Of a stretch of 64,000 bases of DNA, positions 1-13,677 are shown one piece after another. The DNA lies in assembly GCA_009602725.1 (NCBI GenBank), contig WELB01000018.1, forward strand, positions 978,078-1,042,077, in the 5' to 3' direction. Origin of the DNA: Spirogloea muscicola (Eukaryota). The notes below the pieces were generated by a model. That model saw only the letters and a program-made list of their open reading frames with translations. It made no database searches and was not told the origin of the DNA. Both the position numbers and the translations under genes were made by a program. Each line of letters begins with the position of its first letter. Within the stretch, counting starts at the first letter, position 1.

Positions 1-216
<216 letters not shown>

Positions 217-273
217 TTCGTCTTCCGCGCGCCCGCCACCGCCGTCGCCGCCGGCCTCCACCGCCGTACGGGC

Positions 274-306
<33 letters not shown>

Positions 307-344
307 AGGTTGCTCAGTTCGCGCTTTGACGCCTCCACTGCCGG

Positions 345-3300
345 GTGGTGGTTGCAGGCCGTCCTGCCGCAGTACCTGGCATAGATGTCGCCGAGGACGA
401 TGAGAGCCGTGAGCCGAAGCCCGGCGGCGGCGCGGAGCCGCTGCAGCAGGAGGAGCGCGAGGCTGCAGCCGGCATAGCCGCCGGGGAGGCTGCGGTGCCG
501 CTGCCGCCGCCGCCGCCAACCACCAAGCCGGAGCGCAGGCGGCTGCAGCGGGAGGCCCGCCGCCGGGAGCGCCACGACGTGCTCTCGGAGCTGGCCGCTA
601 CTGCCGATGGCGGGCGCGACCGGCCCGCCCATGCGGCGGCTGCGCTCACTGCCATGGTACATTGTGGTGGCCCCAGTCTCGGAGGACGTGCCGTCATGCA
701 GCCGTGTGCCAGGACTTGCGCTGAATGGGGGCAGCGGCACTGGCGGCACTACTGCAGGAGGAGCTGCAGGCCGAGGCGGCTGAGAAGGAGCGGCTGGAGG
801 CGCTCAAGGCGCGCATGGCAGCGGTGGGCAGCGCCGTGCTCGCCGACCCCGAGGGCCAGCTGCCGGCGCTGCGCGAGCTCCAAGCCATGGCTGCCGGCGC
901 GGAGGGCGCTGCCGCGGTGTCCTTTGCCATGCTCTCGCTCGCCGCGATCTTCAAGGACATCATCCCTGGGTGAGCGATGCCTGCAGGCCCCCTCAATCGC
1001 ATTTGTCGTCGCAGGACGTGACAGCGGAGCCGGGCACTGTTTTGCTTAGGCCGACTCCTGTTGACCACCATTGGGCAGGTACCGCATCCGGCTGCCGACA
1101 GAGAAGGAGGCGTTGATGCCCGTCTCCAAGGACGTGCGTAAGGTGCGCGACTACGAGGCAGCGCTGCTCCGTGCCTACCAGGTGCCCTCCCAGATCCTTC
1201 ACCCAGCTTCGATGACTCCAGAAAATGAAAAAGCGCGGACCCTAAGGCCAAGGCGTAATTGACGGGATGGCCATCTCTTGATCACGTCTCCAGGAGTACG
1301 TGCGGCTGTTAATTGGGGCGGCCAAGGCGGCGACGCGGCGGCGCTCGGCGCTCGCCTGCATGGCTGCGTTGCTCAAGGCTAAGCCCCACTTCAACCATGC
1401 AGACGCGCTGCTCGCCGCCATTGTGCCACGCATGGACTCTGTCGACAGTTGGTGCAGGTCCTCTCGCATTCTCCTGTCCGCCACTCTTTGCCAAAGAGGA
1501 CGCTGCTGGACCTGCATTGGCCTCGCGAAAGCGGCCCAGGTTCACTGACAGGGGACCTGCTCTGGCCGCATTGTCAGCTCCGCGTGCTGTGCAGCAATCT
1601 GCGAGGTGCTCAGTGCCGAGGGCGACATTACTGTGCGGGCCGCACAGCTCGTTGCAGACCTCGTTCGGCAGCGCCGCTGCCGCTTGCGGCCTGAGGTCAT
1701 CCAGGTGCTGCCCACTGCCACAGTTGAATTGCACTCGGGCCTGCTCACGAGGCAGCCTTCACATTGCATGTTGTCCTTGCCTCCATGCCACATATCTGGA
1801 CTCAAGATGCCAAGTAACATAAGAGCCGTGTTCGTACATCAATTACTGCTCGTCTAGTGTTGTTTCTACAATGATGACATGCTTTGCAATTAAGCCAAGC
1901 TTTACGTGCCCAAAGCCAGGAGTGCAGCACCTGTAAGTTCTTTACATGTTACATCCACATCGGAGATCAAATGCGCCACAAGTACGGCCTTCATTCCAGC
2001 CTGCTGTGTGCCAGGTCTTCAGTGTGCTCAAGTTTGACGAGGACCTGAACAAGGATGAGGGGCCTGGGCCCGTGGCAGGACGTGAGGCAACCAGTGACCA
2101 GCCGGGCTCGGCTCACTCGCTAGCATTGCAGTCCAAGCGGCAGCGGAAGGTTGAGAAGCGGCGCCTGGCTTCCAAGCTCCACAAGAAGGTAACTGACGGC
2201 CAATTGAGGTGGTCGGGGAGGTCTGTGGCCGCCACTCGGCTGGTCCGTGGTGTCCACAAATCTGTTGCCACAGTGGCTTCACTACACCCCTTCTGCTTGG
2301 CAAGCAGGTGGAAGCCGACTTCCGAGAGGCGCAGGGAGCAGCAAGCGCTGCGGAGCGGCGGCAGTACCAGAGCTTGATGCTTGCTGCTGTCTTCGAGACC
2401 TACATCCGAGTGCTCAAAGACAGCCTGCTGCCCGAGAGCTCTAGGTATGGCATGATGCCTTCAAGCGTGCAAAGTGCCACACACTGTTTGATGGATGGTG
2501 ACTTGTATAGGTGCTGCACTTACTGGCATACTTTATGTTGTGAAGTAGCACACTGTGGCTGGATATCAGGTGCACCTCCCCTGGCTGGTGGTCTGATCCC
2601 TGCAGGTTACCTTGTCAAATACCACCAAAATATGCAATTGTGAAGGTACATGTTTCTCTTATGAGCCATGTCCTCTTTGATCAGGCCGCAGGCAGATGGC
2701 TCCGGTGCGGCGAAGCTGGGGCCGCGGCCGCTGCTAGCGGCAACCCTGCATGGCCTCACGCGCTTCTCGCACCTCGTCAGCGTGGACTTCATGGCGGACC
2801 TCCTAGAGGTTCTGCGGAAGCTGAGCGCTGGGAGGGATGAGGTCGAGGGCAAGGCTGGGGACGGCAGTGCCGCATTGCCGGTTTCGCCCCTGACAGTGGC
2901 CGAACAGCTTGGATGCTGCACTGTGGCGTTCAAGATCGTCCAAAGCAACCTGGGCGCACTCAATATCGACCTACGCGACTTCTACGTCCGCCTCTATGTG
3001 CTACTTCTAGATGCGTCGCAGCATGATGAGTAAGCACGGCTGCGTTTTGCAGCGCTGTCTCCGCCGCCTTTGTCTTTGCTATACGGTAGTACACATAGTA
3101 TGAGGGGTTCTTTCGAAAGAAGAAGGTGAGGCAAGTAAAATTGCATATATTGTGAGTCCTACTTCTTCAAAAGCTGATCCTAAAGACTGATTGTGGCGAT
3201 GCTGACATCCGCATTTGTTGCTTCTGTGCAAGGAGCAGGGCTAGCGGCGTGCTGGCGGAGGCGATGCAGGTGCTGCTGTGTGAAGGCCGGCATCACGACA

Positions 3301-4513
3301 TGCAGCGCTGCGCAGCTTTCGCACGGAGACTTGGCGCTGCGGCGCTCCATATGCCCACGGCGGCCGCCATGGCAAGTCAGTATCTGGCGTGTGACCCCGC
3401 ATGCCTGCTTCATGTCACAGACACAGACTCAAGTGCAGAATCAAATTGGTGCTGATGCATCATGGGGTCCACCAGATGTCGCGTGCTTACAGAGCACAAG
3501 AAGCTGCTGCCAGCACAAATATGTGACCACCTGGTGGACCTCGTGCAGCACTGGTGGCGCTGCGGCAGCTGCTTGTGCGAAATCGCAAGTGCCTGGTGCT
3601 ATTAGAGGAGGCGGGTGGTGATGGGGGACCCCACTCCAGCGTTAGCACAACTGTGAGGCACACATGACCTGGCATACTTCCATGTACTCAGTCTCATGCC
3701 CATACCTGCAGGGCGTCATCGCTGACTCTGACACGCTGTTACGCATGTTGCTTCACCTGCAGGAATGGGCAGCAGAGCCTGAATTGAGTGGCGCTCTTTC
3801 CTCGGTCGCCTGGGAGCTCCCGCTGCTCATGCAGCACTATCACCCTGCTGTTGCCAAGTGCGTATCGGGTCTTGCTGCCATTGTTGCAGCTGACTAAGTG
3901 TCTGACGTGACTTTGGTGGACGGATAATACATGTTCACACTTGTGAGCGGCTGAACAACTGTAAAGATCCACTATACAACCTGGACTTTGTTCGGCCCTG
4001 CGTGACCCCTGCCGGCAGCTTTGCAACCTTTCTAACCCTGCCGTTCCTGCCCGTTGCAGACTTGCGCAGGACATTGCCAAGATGGCCGCAGCCTCATCAG
4101 ACGCATTCCTGCAGGTGCAGATCTCCCCACAGGCAGCATTGGCGATGTACAGCACCAGTGCCGGTGGCTTTCGGCCTGCTATTCAACCTCCTGGCAAGCG
4201 GCCAAGCTCCGCTGTGCTCGCTGCCACAGCTACTAGCCAGCTGGCATTGCCGGAGCTCGTAGCTATTGCCAGTCACTACAAATTGATACAGGCGGCTGGC
4301 GGAGGTGGAGCAGCCTGCGCGCCCAATGACATGGAAGAGGAGACACCGCTATTGGGCACAGACCTGGAGAGCGTCAGTCACAGATTGCGACAACTCTTTT
4401 GGCAAAGCCGCAACTTCCGGGAGCATGCAGAGCTCCGCCAGGAGTGTTCGCGGCTTGCACGCCTGCTGCGATTGTTCCAAAGACACCTGTCCTCTGGAGC
4501 AGGCGTGCCCTAA
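345..4513 (+). CDS. NOC3: Nucleolar complex protein 3 homolog, multi-exon, 5' end probably lost in the gap
   Basis: Spliced exons give SLAAIFKDIIPG|YRIRLPTEKE..VSKDVRKVRDYEAALLRAYQ (GT at 970, AG before 1079), PHFNH, GLTRFSHLVSVDFMADLL, LNIDLRDFY, WELPLLMQHYHPAV; stop TAA at 4511-4513. Confidence 0.9.
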
Positions 4514-5055
4514 AGGGACCCTGACAGCCTTCCTGTCAGTGGATGAGATGGTCTACTTGTTGCAGCAGCATCTGCAGACTGGGATTTAAGGTTTGATGTT
4601 GCAGCAGTCATGTGCACTTCTCATGCAGATAAGCGGACATGCATACATCGAAAACCACCACATGGAGCACTGGGTTGCCCAAGCTCTTGCGCAATCTTGT
4701 CATTTCAAAAGCATGGAGTCAAGTTGGGTGCTTCGTAGAGCACTTTCAGCTTGAGCAGCTTGAGGCAGAGGTATGACCGGCTACAAAGGTCTGGCAATGC
4801 ATTCAGGAGGGTACAGAAGTGGACGGTTGTATGAGGTGGGAGATGTGGAGGGAGGGGGTGAGGGAGGGGCTGTTGCGCTGCAGTGACCAGGGGGCTGCTC
4901 TGGGCCTTACAGCCTGCCACCACCGGCCTGCTGCCACCACCGTCCCTGCGCCAGTTCCATCCACTCCAAGTGGCGGCACAGAGGACCTCTGCTGCTAGCC
5001 TTACACCAACAACGAGCTATACATGGCCAACGGCCCTGTCAAGCGCCTGCACCAC

Positions 5056-6609
5056 TCAGTCGGTGCCACCGCCCAGGAGCCTTTTCACGCCTGCCTTTTG
5101 CTCTGCACTGAGGCGCGGCGGGAACTTGACATCAAAGCGAATGCGCAGGTTGCCGCGCTTGCCAGGCTCCTTGGCGATGGGCATCCCCTCACGTGGTACG
5201 ACCTTCTCAAAACCAGGGTGGATGACCTCATTGACTGGCACGTTGAGCGTGCGGCCGTCCAGCGTCTGCACTGTGCAGTTGTAGTCGGTGAGCGCCTCCG
5301 ACAGCGACACGCGCTGATTCATGACCAGGTCATTACCGTCGCGCTTGAACCGCTCGTGCGGCTTCTCGTCAACTGTGAAAACGACATCAGCGGGCACCAC
5401 GCCCGGCTGCTCGTTGCCCTTCTGTGGGAAAGTGATCTTCGTGCCCTTCTTCCAACCGGGCTTCACATCGATCGTCAATATCTCCTCCACCGGCATTGTC
5501 TTTCTGCAGCACACAGCCATTGGTTGGTCAGCAATAGGTCGGTCGGACTAGTGGTCCATCACACGGACAGTGTTCACTCGAGGATCAGCTTGCATTGAGA
5601 GTGTCTTTCACTACACCGCAGTCCAGGTGCACAGCGGCTACTCGCTGCCGACGCACAGGCTAGGCAAACCCAGGCCGGCTCTGACACCTATCGCTGCTGC
5701 GACGAATCGAACGGGCTGAGATGGGCAGCAGTGGCGGAGATGGCCCTGGGGAACGAGCAAACCCTGCAATGTGAGTGGGCTGTCAGACTAGGGCGAGCGC
5801 GCACCCGCTGGCGTCGGCGATGTTGCGGGAGATCTTCATCTTGCGCGTCGACCCGCTGTAGAGCTCCTCCAGCGTGCACGGCAGCTTGTTCTCGACGGCA
5901 GAGGCCTTGCGTGGGCCCGCCGACGCCGTGTCGCCGAACGACTGGAAGGCGCTGTCGCCTCCAAACCCGCCAAAGATACCCTCGGGCATCCCGCCACCGC
6001 CCATGGCCGAGCGCCGCCGCGCGCCGCCCATCCCAGGCATGCCGCCGCCGCCGCCGCCGCCGCCCATGCCTTGCATGCCACCCAGGCCACTGCCGCCGAA
6101 CGGGCTGCGGCCGCCAAAGAACTCGGCGAAGATGTCCTCGGCGTCACGAGGGTTGAAGCGGTACACGTTGGGGCCGCCGCCGCCGCCGGCTCCATTCATC
6201 CCAAACGGCATGCCGCTGGGCATGCCGCCCATGCCGCCGGGCATGCCGCCGGGCATGCCGCCGGCCGCGCTCGGCGGCGGCGCGCCGCCCTTTAGGCCCT
6301 CCTCGCCGTATGCATCGTATATCTGCCGCTTCTGCGGGTCGCTCAGCACCTGCAGGCCCCTCCTCGCGCGCGCAGTCAGCGTGGCCTGCCGGGCGGGCGC
6401 TGCGAGGGGCGCCAAGCGGAGGCGGCGCCGCAGGAGGCGCGCACCTCGTAGGCCTCGGAGATCTGCTTGAACTTGGCCTCGGCCTCCTTCTTGTTGGTGG
6501 GGTTCTTGTCGGGGTGCCACTTCATCGCCAGCTTCCGGTACGCCTTCTTCAGGTCGTCGTCCGAGGCGCCCCGCCCCACCTTGAGCAGGTTGTAGTAGTC
6601 CACGCCCAT
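5056..6609 (-). CDS. Class II DnaJ/Hsp40 (DNAJB/Sis1-like); exons 6609-6445, 6349-5805, 5503-5056
   Basis: J domain [32 protein letters not shown]- and G/M-rich linker, C-terminal [43 protein letters not shown] introns keep the frame. Confidence 0.95.
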
Positions 6610-8789
6610 GGCGCTCTCGCGCCCGCGCTTGCGCGTGGCGGCGGCGGGGCCCGCGCGCCGCGGGTAGCGGCGGCTCTCTGCGCTTGCCTTGAGAGCGAGG
6701 AGGCGGAGGGGAGAGGGAGGCTCGGCGGCGGCGGCGGCGGCGAGGGCGGGCCCGCGAGACGCGGCGGGGTTCGGGGGGGGGCTTGATGCGCTGGCGGGCT
6801 GCGGGGGAGGAGGGAGGTGGCAGGGGCGAGGCCGTGCCCCCCGGAACGTTCCAGATGGCGGCCCCCCAAAACCCTAGCCCCCCCGCGCGGCCTTCTGCTG
6901 GCCTTCGCCGCCCTGTCGGCTGCGCCCCGCCCGCTGCTGCTCCGGCCAGCAAGCCGACGGCCGCTTGCTCCATACAGCCCAGCATGCGGCTCTCCGCTCC
7001 GCCCGCTCCTTGCATCCGTGAGCCGGCCGTGCTCTGGCGCAAGTGTATCGCATGCGCTTGGCCGTCTCGCTGCACCTTCGTGCCGGGAGAGCCCTCGCTG
7101 CTGCCTCTGGCTCTGTCCAGGGGACCCACTTCCAGGACCCTAGCCTCTCTGATTTGCGGCTGCTTAGCAGGGGTGATTTGCGGCTGCTTAGCAGGGGTTA
7201 CTGAGTAATTTGTAGCTGCTTTCTTTCTTTGTGTGCTTTGGTTTCTTAGCGCTTCCTCTGGCTTCCCCAGCTAGGGCCTTCTCTGAGTAGCCCCACCCTT
7301 CGCAAGAAGTCTTCTGCCTGAACACTTACTAGCTCGTTCTTCTGGCTTCTGCTACTGGCTCGGCTTAGCTCCCGCTTGTTCCATGGGCACCGCCCGCCTT
7401 CTCTCTTCTATGTAGCCTTGTTTAGTCTGCACTCGACTCTGCCTGAATAATGTATTGGCTTGAATTGGCCTCCCTTTCAATTCATGCGCCCCGCGCGCCT
7501 TCTCTCTCTTCTATGAGCTCGGCTGTCGAGAAAGGCCTTGTGTAGTCGTGCGCAGAAGAAGCAGCTCGTCGAATGAGGCGGAGGGCTGTGAATGAGAAGC
7601 AGCTCTTCCAAAAGAAAGAATGAGCTCGCCCATGGAAGAGAGGGGCTGGCAGAAGCCAGCCAAAAAAGGAGCGAGGGCTGTGAGAACGAGGCAGCGGACA
7701 AAAGATCCGGAAACCGCTGGATTGCACTGCACAGCTAGGAGCGGAGCTTGGAGAAAAGCCAGCCAGAGAAGGCGGCGCGCAGAAGAAGAAGAGGTGCTGG
7801 CAAAGCCAACCCAAAATGAGCGCATGGAAAGGAAGGGTGGGGGCCAACTTGAGCCAATACACGATTCAGGAAAGGGGGCGGGCAGCAAAGCAGAAGACAA
7901 GGGGATGGGCATGGCGGGGTCCAAGGGAGCCGGGAAGGGGAGAATGCGCGCGGAATGAAAGTTTTCCTTGCTCTCTGCATGAACAGTGTGCCTTTGGCTT
8001 GCATTGGCCTCCCTTTCATTCAAGGAAAACTCTTCCAGTGAGGTGGCTGTCATTGGCCAGCTCGGTGCAAAGCACGAACGGAAAACCGAACGGGCCAGAA
8101 AAGCAAGCAAGGCACCCGGCCGGGCCGCGGGCGCCGGATCGTCGGGCGGGCGGGGTTGGGCCCCGCGCCCGGCTCTCCCACTTCGCTCCCCCGGCCGTAC
8201 CGCCGCGACGGCCTCTTCCCACTGGGAGCGCCCGTCTCGTGGCGCCGTCTCGGAACGCCGGCCCCCACCGTTCCGTGCCGCGCCTCCGCTTGCGTCGCCC
8301 CAGCGAGCCCCCGCCAGCTTCTCGCCCGGCCCGCCGCCACGGGCCCTGCGGCGGCAGCCCTCCCGGCGGCGCCATCCGCGGCCCCTTCTCCCACCCCCGC
8401 CGCCGCTGAAGCTCCCCAGGCTTGCCGTTACCGAGGAGGATCCATCGATCCGGCGCGGGCTCCGGGTCCCCACGCGATCCGGCGCCGGCGAACGCAGCTC
8501 CTAAGCCATGCCTAGAAGCCGGAGGGGGAGGACCAATGCGCCCCGGCCCGCCGAGGCGCCAGCGTCGCCCTCGCCGCCGCTCTCGTCCATCGGCTCCGTC
8601 TGCTCCGTGCAGCCGGCGGAGCCGCCGCACGGTCAGCTGGCTCCACCGCCCCACATGCCAAACGAGCTGCCTGCTCCTCGTGTAGCTCGAGCTGACTGCC
8701 GGGTAGAAGCGGCTGCGCCGTCAAGGATGCACTGTCCTCCATTGCCGATGCATCCATAGTGCACGCTGCAAACACCTCTCTGCTGAACC

Positions 8790-9027
8790 TCTGTGTTTCG
8801 TCCGGCCGCAGCTCTGATCAGGCGGCCCGTTTTGCCCGCGATGCTGCCAAGGCCGGTGCTCCCTTTGACAATGAAGGTGGAGATGGTGCCAGTGCCCATG
8901 CAGCTGGTCCCGACCGGCAGCTCCTCTCCCAAAAAGGTCAAGGTGCCCCTGGGCACGAAAAGGCCTCATCTGGCGGCCGCCCCCAAGGATGGCGACAGTG
9001 CCTGTGCCGAAGGCGGCGTAGAGGACC
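8790..9027 (-). CDS. Possible exon fragment of an unknown small beta-rich protein, cut by the assembly gap
   Basis: Coding-like peptide TLTFLGEELPVG..STFIVKGSTGLGSIAGKTGRL; no start or clear gene model. Confidence 0.2.
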
Positions 9028-9095
9028 NTTTTTTTTTTNNNNNNNNNNNNNNNNNNNNNNNNNNNNNNNNNNNNNNNNNNNNNNNNNNNNNNNNN

Positions 9096-11969
9096 TGCCG
9101 GCGGTGGCCGCCAGCCCGCCGTGGCGCCGCTGCGCGCAGCGTCCGTGACCTCCGCGCGGTGGCTGTCATCCGCGCGGCTCGCGCCGAGCCGAGCCGGTGG
9201 CGGCGGCGGCGGCCCAAGGCAGCCGGTGGTGTCCACACCTAGCCTCGCAGCCGCAGGCGCGCCCCCGGCAAGCTGCGAGAAGGACGAGCCTCCTGCGGCG
9301 CCACCGGCCGATTGCCGCGTCCGCAGGTCCGTGTCCTCTGGGACTCCTGGCTCCTGCGTGCACTGGTATGCGTGCCAGCAGCGGCCTTGCCGCGGCCACG
9401 AGCTCGTGGTGAGTGCTCACGTCGAGCATCGGGATCTGACAAGGAGCCATATTGAGGCGCGCAGGTACGCCGTCGTGGGAGCGGGCTTCGCCGGTGTGGC
9501 CATTGCCTGGCACCTTCTCCAGGCATGCTTCGCCCACCACGAACCTTAAACCCAGGCATTAGCCGCACGTTGCATCTCCTGAGTGTGCAGCGCATGACGT
9601 GTGCTTCAACGTCCGCGTGATTGTGTACATCACACTCTCGTGCAGCTCACCACGGCTTCAGCGCCCGTGGCGGTTGAGTTGATCGATCGCCTGGGCGTCG
9701 GAGCCGGAGCTTCTGGCATTTCTGGAGGCCTCCTGCACCCGTTCTCACCGCGAGGTGCTACCTACTGTTGCCTCTGCTCGAAGGCAGATTCTCTCGGAGC
9801 TTGCTCATTGTCATCGCTCATGGTGCGCTACCAGAGCTGCAGACCATAGTACTTAAGCATTGCAACCAAACAGCTTGACTGTGACTGTGACAGTGGCTGT
9901 GTGTGTGTCATTGGGATCTCTGGGGTTATTGTGTGCCCAAACTATCACTGCTGCGTGCGAGCCACTGCTGAGGACCCATTACTCCCGCGCATCCTATAAA
10001 CATCATCAGGCAAGCTCCTCTGGAAGGGCCAGGAGTGCTGGAGGGCTGCCCTGCGGCTGGTGGAGGCTGCTGAGACGGCTGCGCAGAGCAACAGCTCCTT
10101 TGCTGATTGCAAGCAACCCATTGTTCTGCGAAGGTACTGTCATGGGTGGCTGCTGTGATTTGCCACCTGTGACTTCTGTCTCATGCACAGTGATGCATTC
10201 TGTCAGCAGCTGTATCCAACATGATCCTCCCATGATACAGCTGCTTGGTTTTGCAATGTTCCTTTGAGCTTGCAGGGGTCTACTCCGGCTGGCGACAGAG
10301 GATAAGCACTCGAGCGACTTCAGAAAGGTACAGAGGTCTAGGTAAGCTAAGCTTGCGTGATTAACGATTGACCACCTTTTGTTGCTATCCTGGCATGCTC
10401 CACCTGGTCTCTGACTCGGGAAGGTTGCACCGCAATCACCAAGTATTGGCTGAGAGCCTGATGCTTCCTCGGTCCTTGGTGGAGTGGCAGAATGCAAAGG
10501 CTGCAAGTGATGGGGATCTTGCAAGAGCAGTAGATGGCAGTGACGCCTTCTGCATCACAAGTACCACGGCAAGGCTGCTAGTGCCTGGCCTGAATATACC
10601 TGATGATGCTGCTGCACTCTACCTGCCAGCCGGTCTGACCATCCATCCCAGGCGTTACCTTGAGGTGAAGATGCGCCACAAGGGCACAATGATTTGTGCT
10701 CGGCTGACTCATCAGCAGGTTCAAAGTTATGCACTCATGCAGTCGTCTGTCAAGATGACCTGGACTGGCTAGTCTGCCAACCTGATTAATCTGGATGCTT
10801 CGTCCACCCTTCTGCCATTCCAGGCCCTATGGCACAGCTGCAGATGCTGTGCCCACAGTGCGAGCGAAAGTGCCTGCCCTGGCACCTCCGCAACTTTTAG
10901 GCAGTTGGAGATTGGATCTCTGGCGGATCTCCCATTGGGTGAGTTTGCTTCGTGCGCCAATGACCAGTTTATGACACCTCCTTCACATATGCAGCATCCA
11001 ATCACTAGTGGAGTTCGGCTCAGTGCTTCTCCTGCTTGCTTGCCTGTGAACCTTTTTGATGGATTGCTCAATGTCGTGAAGAAGAGAAGCACGAAGGTGA
11101 ACATAAAAGGCTGCTACTTTGTACGTTGTTACTAATTCATGGACATCCGTGACACCTGCTCGTTTGTTGGCAGGCCACTATGAGGCTGCTGTCATCTGTC
11201 TAGGTGCAGCAGTGGCAACCTTACCTGAATTCAAGGACTGCTTACCCCTCATCATGTGTCGAGGAAAGATTCTTGAACTTCAAGCTAGCTGCACCAGGTG
11301 TCTCTCACTTCAGCTCGCTGCTGTGAAAGTTCATGTGCTCAAATGCATAGAGGGATAGAAAGCTGCTGCTCAGTCTGTGCTGCAATGCTGACATGCATGA
11401 CATACAGGCGAAAGTAATTGTTGGTGAGGAATGGGCAGATGCACCACCAGCACTCATGCCCTTGTGACCTTTACATTGTCAGCCGTGAAAGTTACCCCCC
11501 CGACGCACCCAGTCTGCTGGGAAGCACTTGGCTGGCACACCAAGGAAATGGAGAAATGCTGTTAGGCGCCACCAAGGAGTATGGAGATGACAATACCAGC
11601 TCATCTGTCGGTCCAGCGGAAGCACAACAGGCAACGGATGAGCTACTTGGGAGATTCTCAAAAATATATCCACAAATCTTGAATTGCAGCATAGCTGCGG
11701 TGAGAGCCGGTGTCAGGGCACTGCCACCAAGGACTGCCTTTGGGTCTCTGCCGATAGCTGGCAAGCTGAGGTGGCCTCATCAGCCTAGCCTGGCAGCAAC
11801 CGAGGCACGGGTAGAGGCCAAACCCTCCCTTTGGCTAGCTGGCGGCCTTGGATCTCGTGGCCTTATCTACCATGCCTGGCTTGCAAAGAGCATTGCGAAT
11901 GCAATTGTCAATGATAGTGAGAACCTCCTTCCCATAGAGCTTTGCAGCTGGGATAGAGGCAAGCTATGA
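9096..11969 (+). CDS. FAD-dependent oxidoreductase (DAO/glycine-oxidase-like family), multi-exon, 5' end at the gap
   Basis: Rossmann motif RYAVVGAGFAGVAIAWHLL, GAGASGISGGLLHPFSPR|GKLLWKG, GATKE, AGVRALPP..LPIAG, GGLGSRGLIYHAWL; stop at 11967-11969. Confidence 0.88.
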
Positions 11970-13677
11970 CGTCTACTTGCTCTTTAAAAACAATTCTGAA
12001 GTAGCTATGGACACTGCCTGTGGGGAGCCTTCTCTGTCCATTGGCCTCCACTACGCAACGTGGTGGCCGACCACTCTGCTATGCAGAGGTCGTGAAGGCT
12101 TTGCTTGCAGTGAGTGGTTGGCTTGCATCACGTCCATGGCGTGCCGGAATTATCACTTGGAGGTGGCCGCTGTGAGGATGTGTGCACTCCGTTTAAACAC
12201 AGCAAGTGCGGCCTCACATCTTAGCCGACCTGCTTCACTACCACAGAGTCTTGGTTGAATGCTAGGCCTCCTCATCTGATGGAGGACCCTTGCTTGCCTT
12301 GCTAGCTTACTTACATGTCGGGAGCAAGTTAGACTAGTTGATCAATTAGCACAATCAATGCCACACTGCCACACCATTGCAGCTTACTGCTTACCGGAAG
12401 TGTTGACATTGAGCAGTGAAATCACACTGTGTACGTGGGCACAGATAAATGTGCAGATTGTGCCAATGTATTGCTATGGAGCTGCTCGCGTCAATGTACT
12501 TCTACCATTACGACCTGCTGCTGCAGACTTGTTCGGGCAGGACGGCATATTTACTTACAGTTTTGCTCGAGTGTGGGTTAGAAGGTCACGTGCTTCGCGG
12601 TGGTGTGACTAACCTGGACGCCAACTTGTAGTACTCTGTGGGCAGCGGACGGTGGCTGACAAGTGCAACCCTTTCAGACCCAGGACGATTGGGCCGTTGG
12701 GCCTATATCTTGAGATTAACCAACAGGGGGGGGTCAATTAAGACATCTAGTTGAAGGCTTATCCAGAATGGAGTGGTGGGCTATTCCAAAGGGGGCGAGG
12801 GCTGTGAAAGGCCAACTCCAAATTTGAGAAAGAAAATAGTGTGTACTATAGCTGGACTGTCAATGCCGCAGCAAAAGCTTGACAGATTCATGGATACTAG
12901 ACGCCTCGAGAGGTTGACAATCATTGGGCTGTCAATGCAGGCCGAGCAACGGCTCGACGGGATGGCTGGAGACCAGGCACCTCACTAGGCTGTCGGCCAG
13001 GACTGTTGACCGCTTCCTCGGCCTGAATATGGCGCTTCAAAATTGTGTTATGAAAAACCGTGGTGCTGCGGCAACGACGATGGAGGGGACAGGGGGGGGA
13101 GACCACCCTAAGTGGTACCGGCAGTGGTTGTTGAATTACCCGTAGACATCAGACTGCTCGCACTAGCCCCTTATAGACCGTCAGGGCCACTGAAGATCGT
13201 CGTGGGAGATATCGGTTGGTCAACGATGGCAGACCAATGGTGAAGACTCCCGATGGCGTTGACAGTATATAAACGGATCGTCTACTGGAGACCGTCGGTG
13301 CCTAATATATCATGAGGGCCAGGGTCCCCGCCCAAAAGGCCGACAGCTGGGAAAAGCCAGGCAGAGCAAGGGGATAGAGAATGGTCGAAGGGGCCGATAT
13401 CGCTAAGCACTCAAGATGGCAAGTGGCATGCCGGATGGCCGCTCGACAACCTCTAATTTAGCAGCCGCAAGTCGGGAACTAGTAGCCAAGAAAAGAGTCA
13501 TCCCACTTATAGCCTAAATCGGCAGCTAGGGCACGGGCAGCACGCCGACACGGGCCACAAGAGCTTTCATAAAGGTGCAAAGACACTCAGTACAGCAGGA
13601 GAAACAGAGAAAATAGATACGCTCTAGCCGACAAACCGTCTTGGCCCGCAGCTCCGGGCTCGGCGTGGTCTTTATGG

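Noticed and set aside
5731..8775. Many long overlapping Arg/Pro/Ala-rich ORFs, e.g. 5783-7129 and 7511-8473
   Set aside because: Shadow ORFs from very high GC content; the real DnaJ CDS starts at 6609 and is spliced
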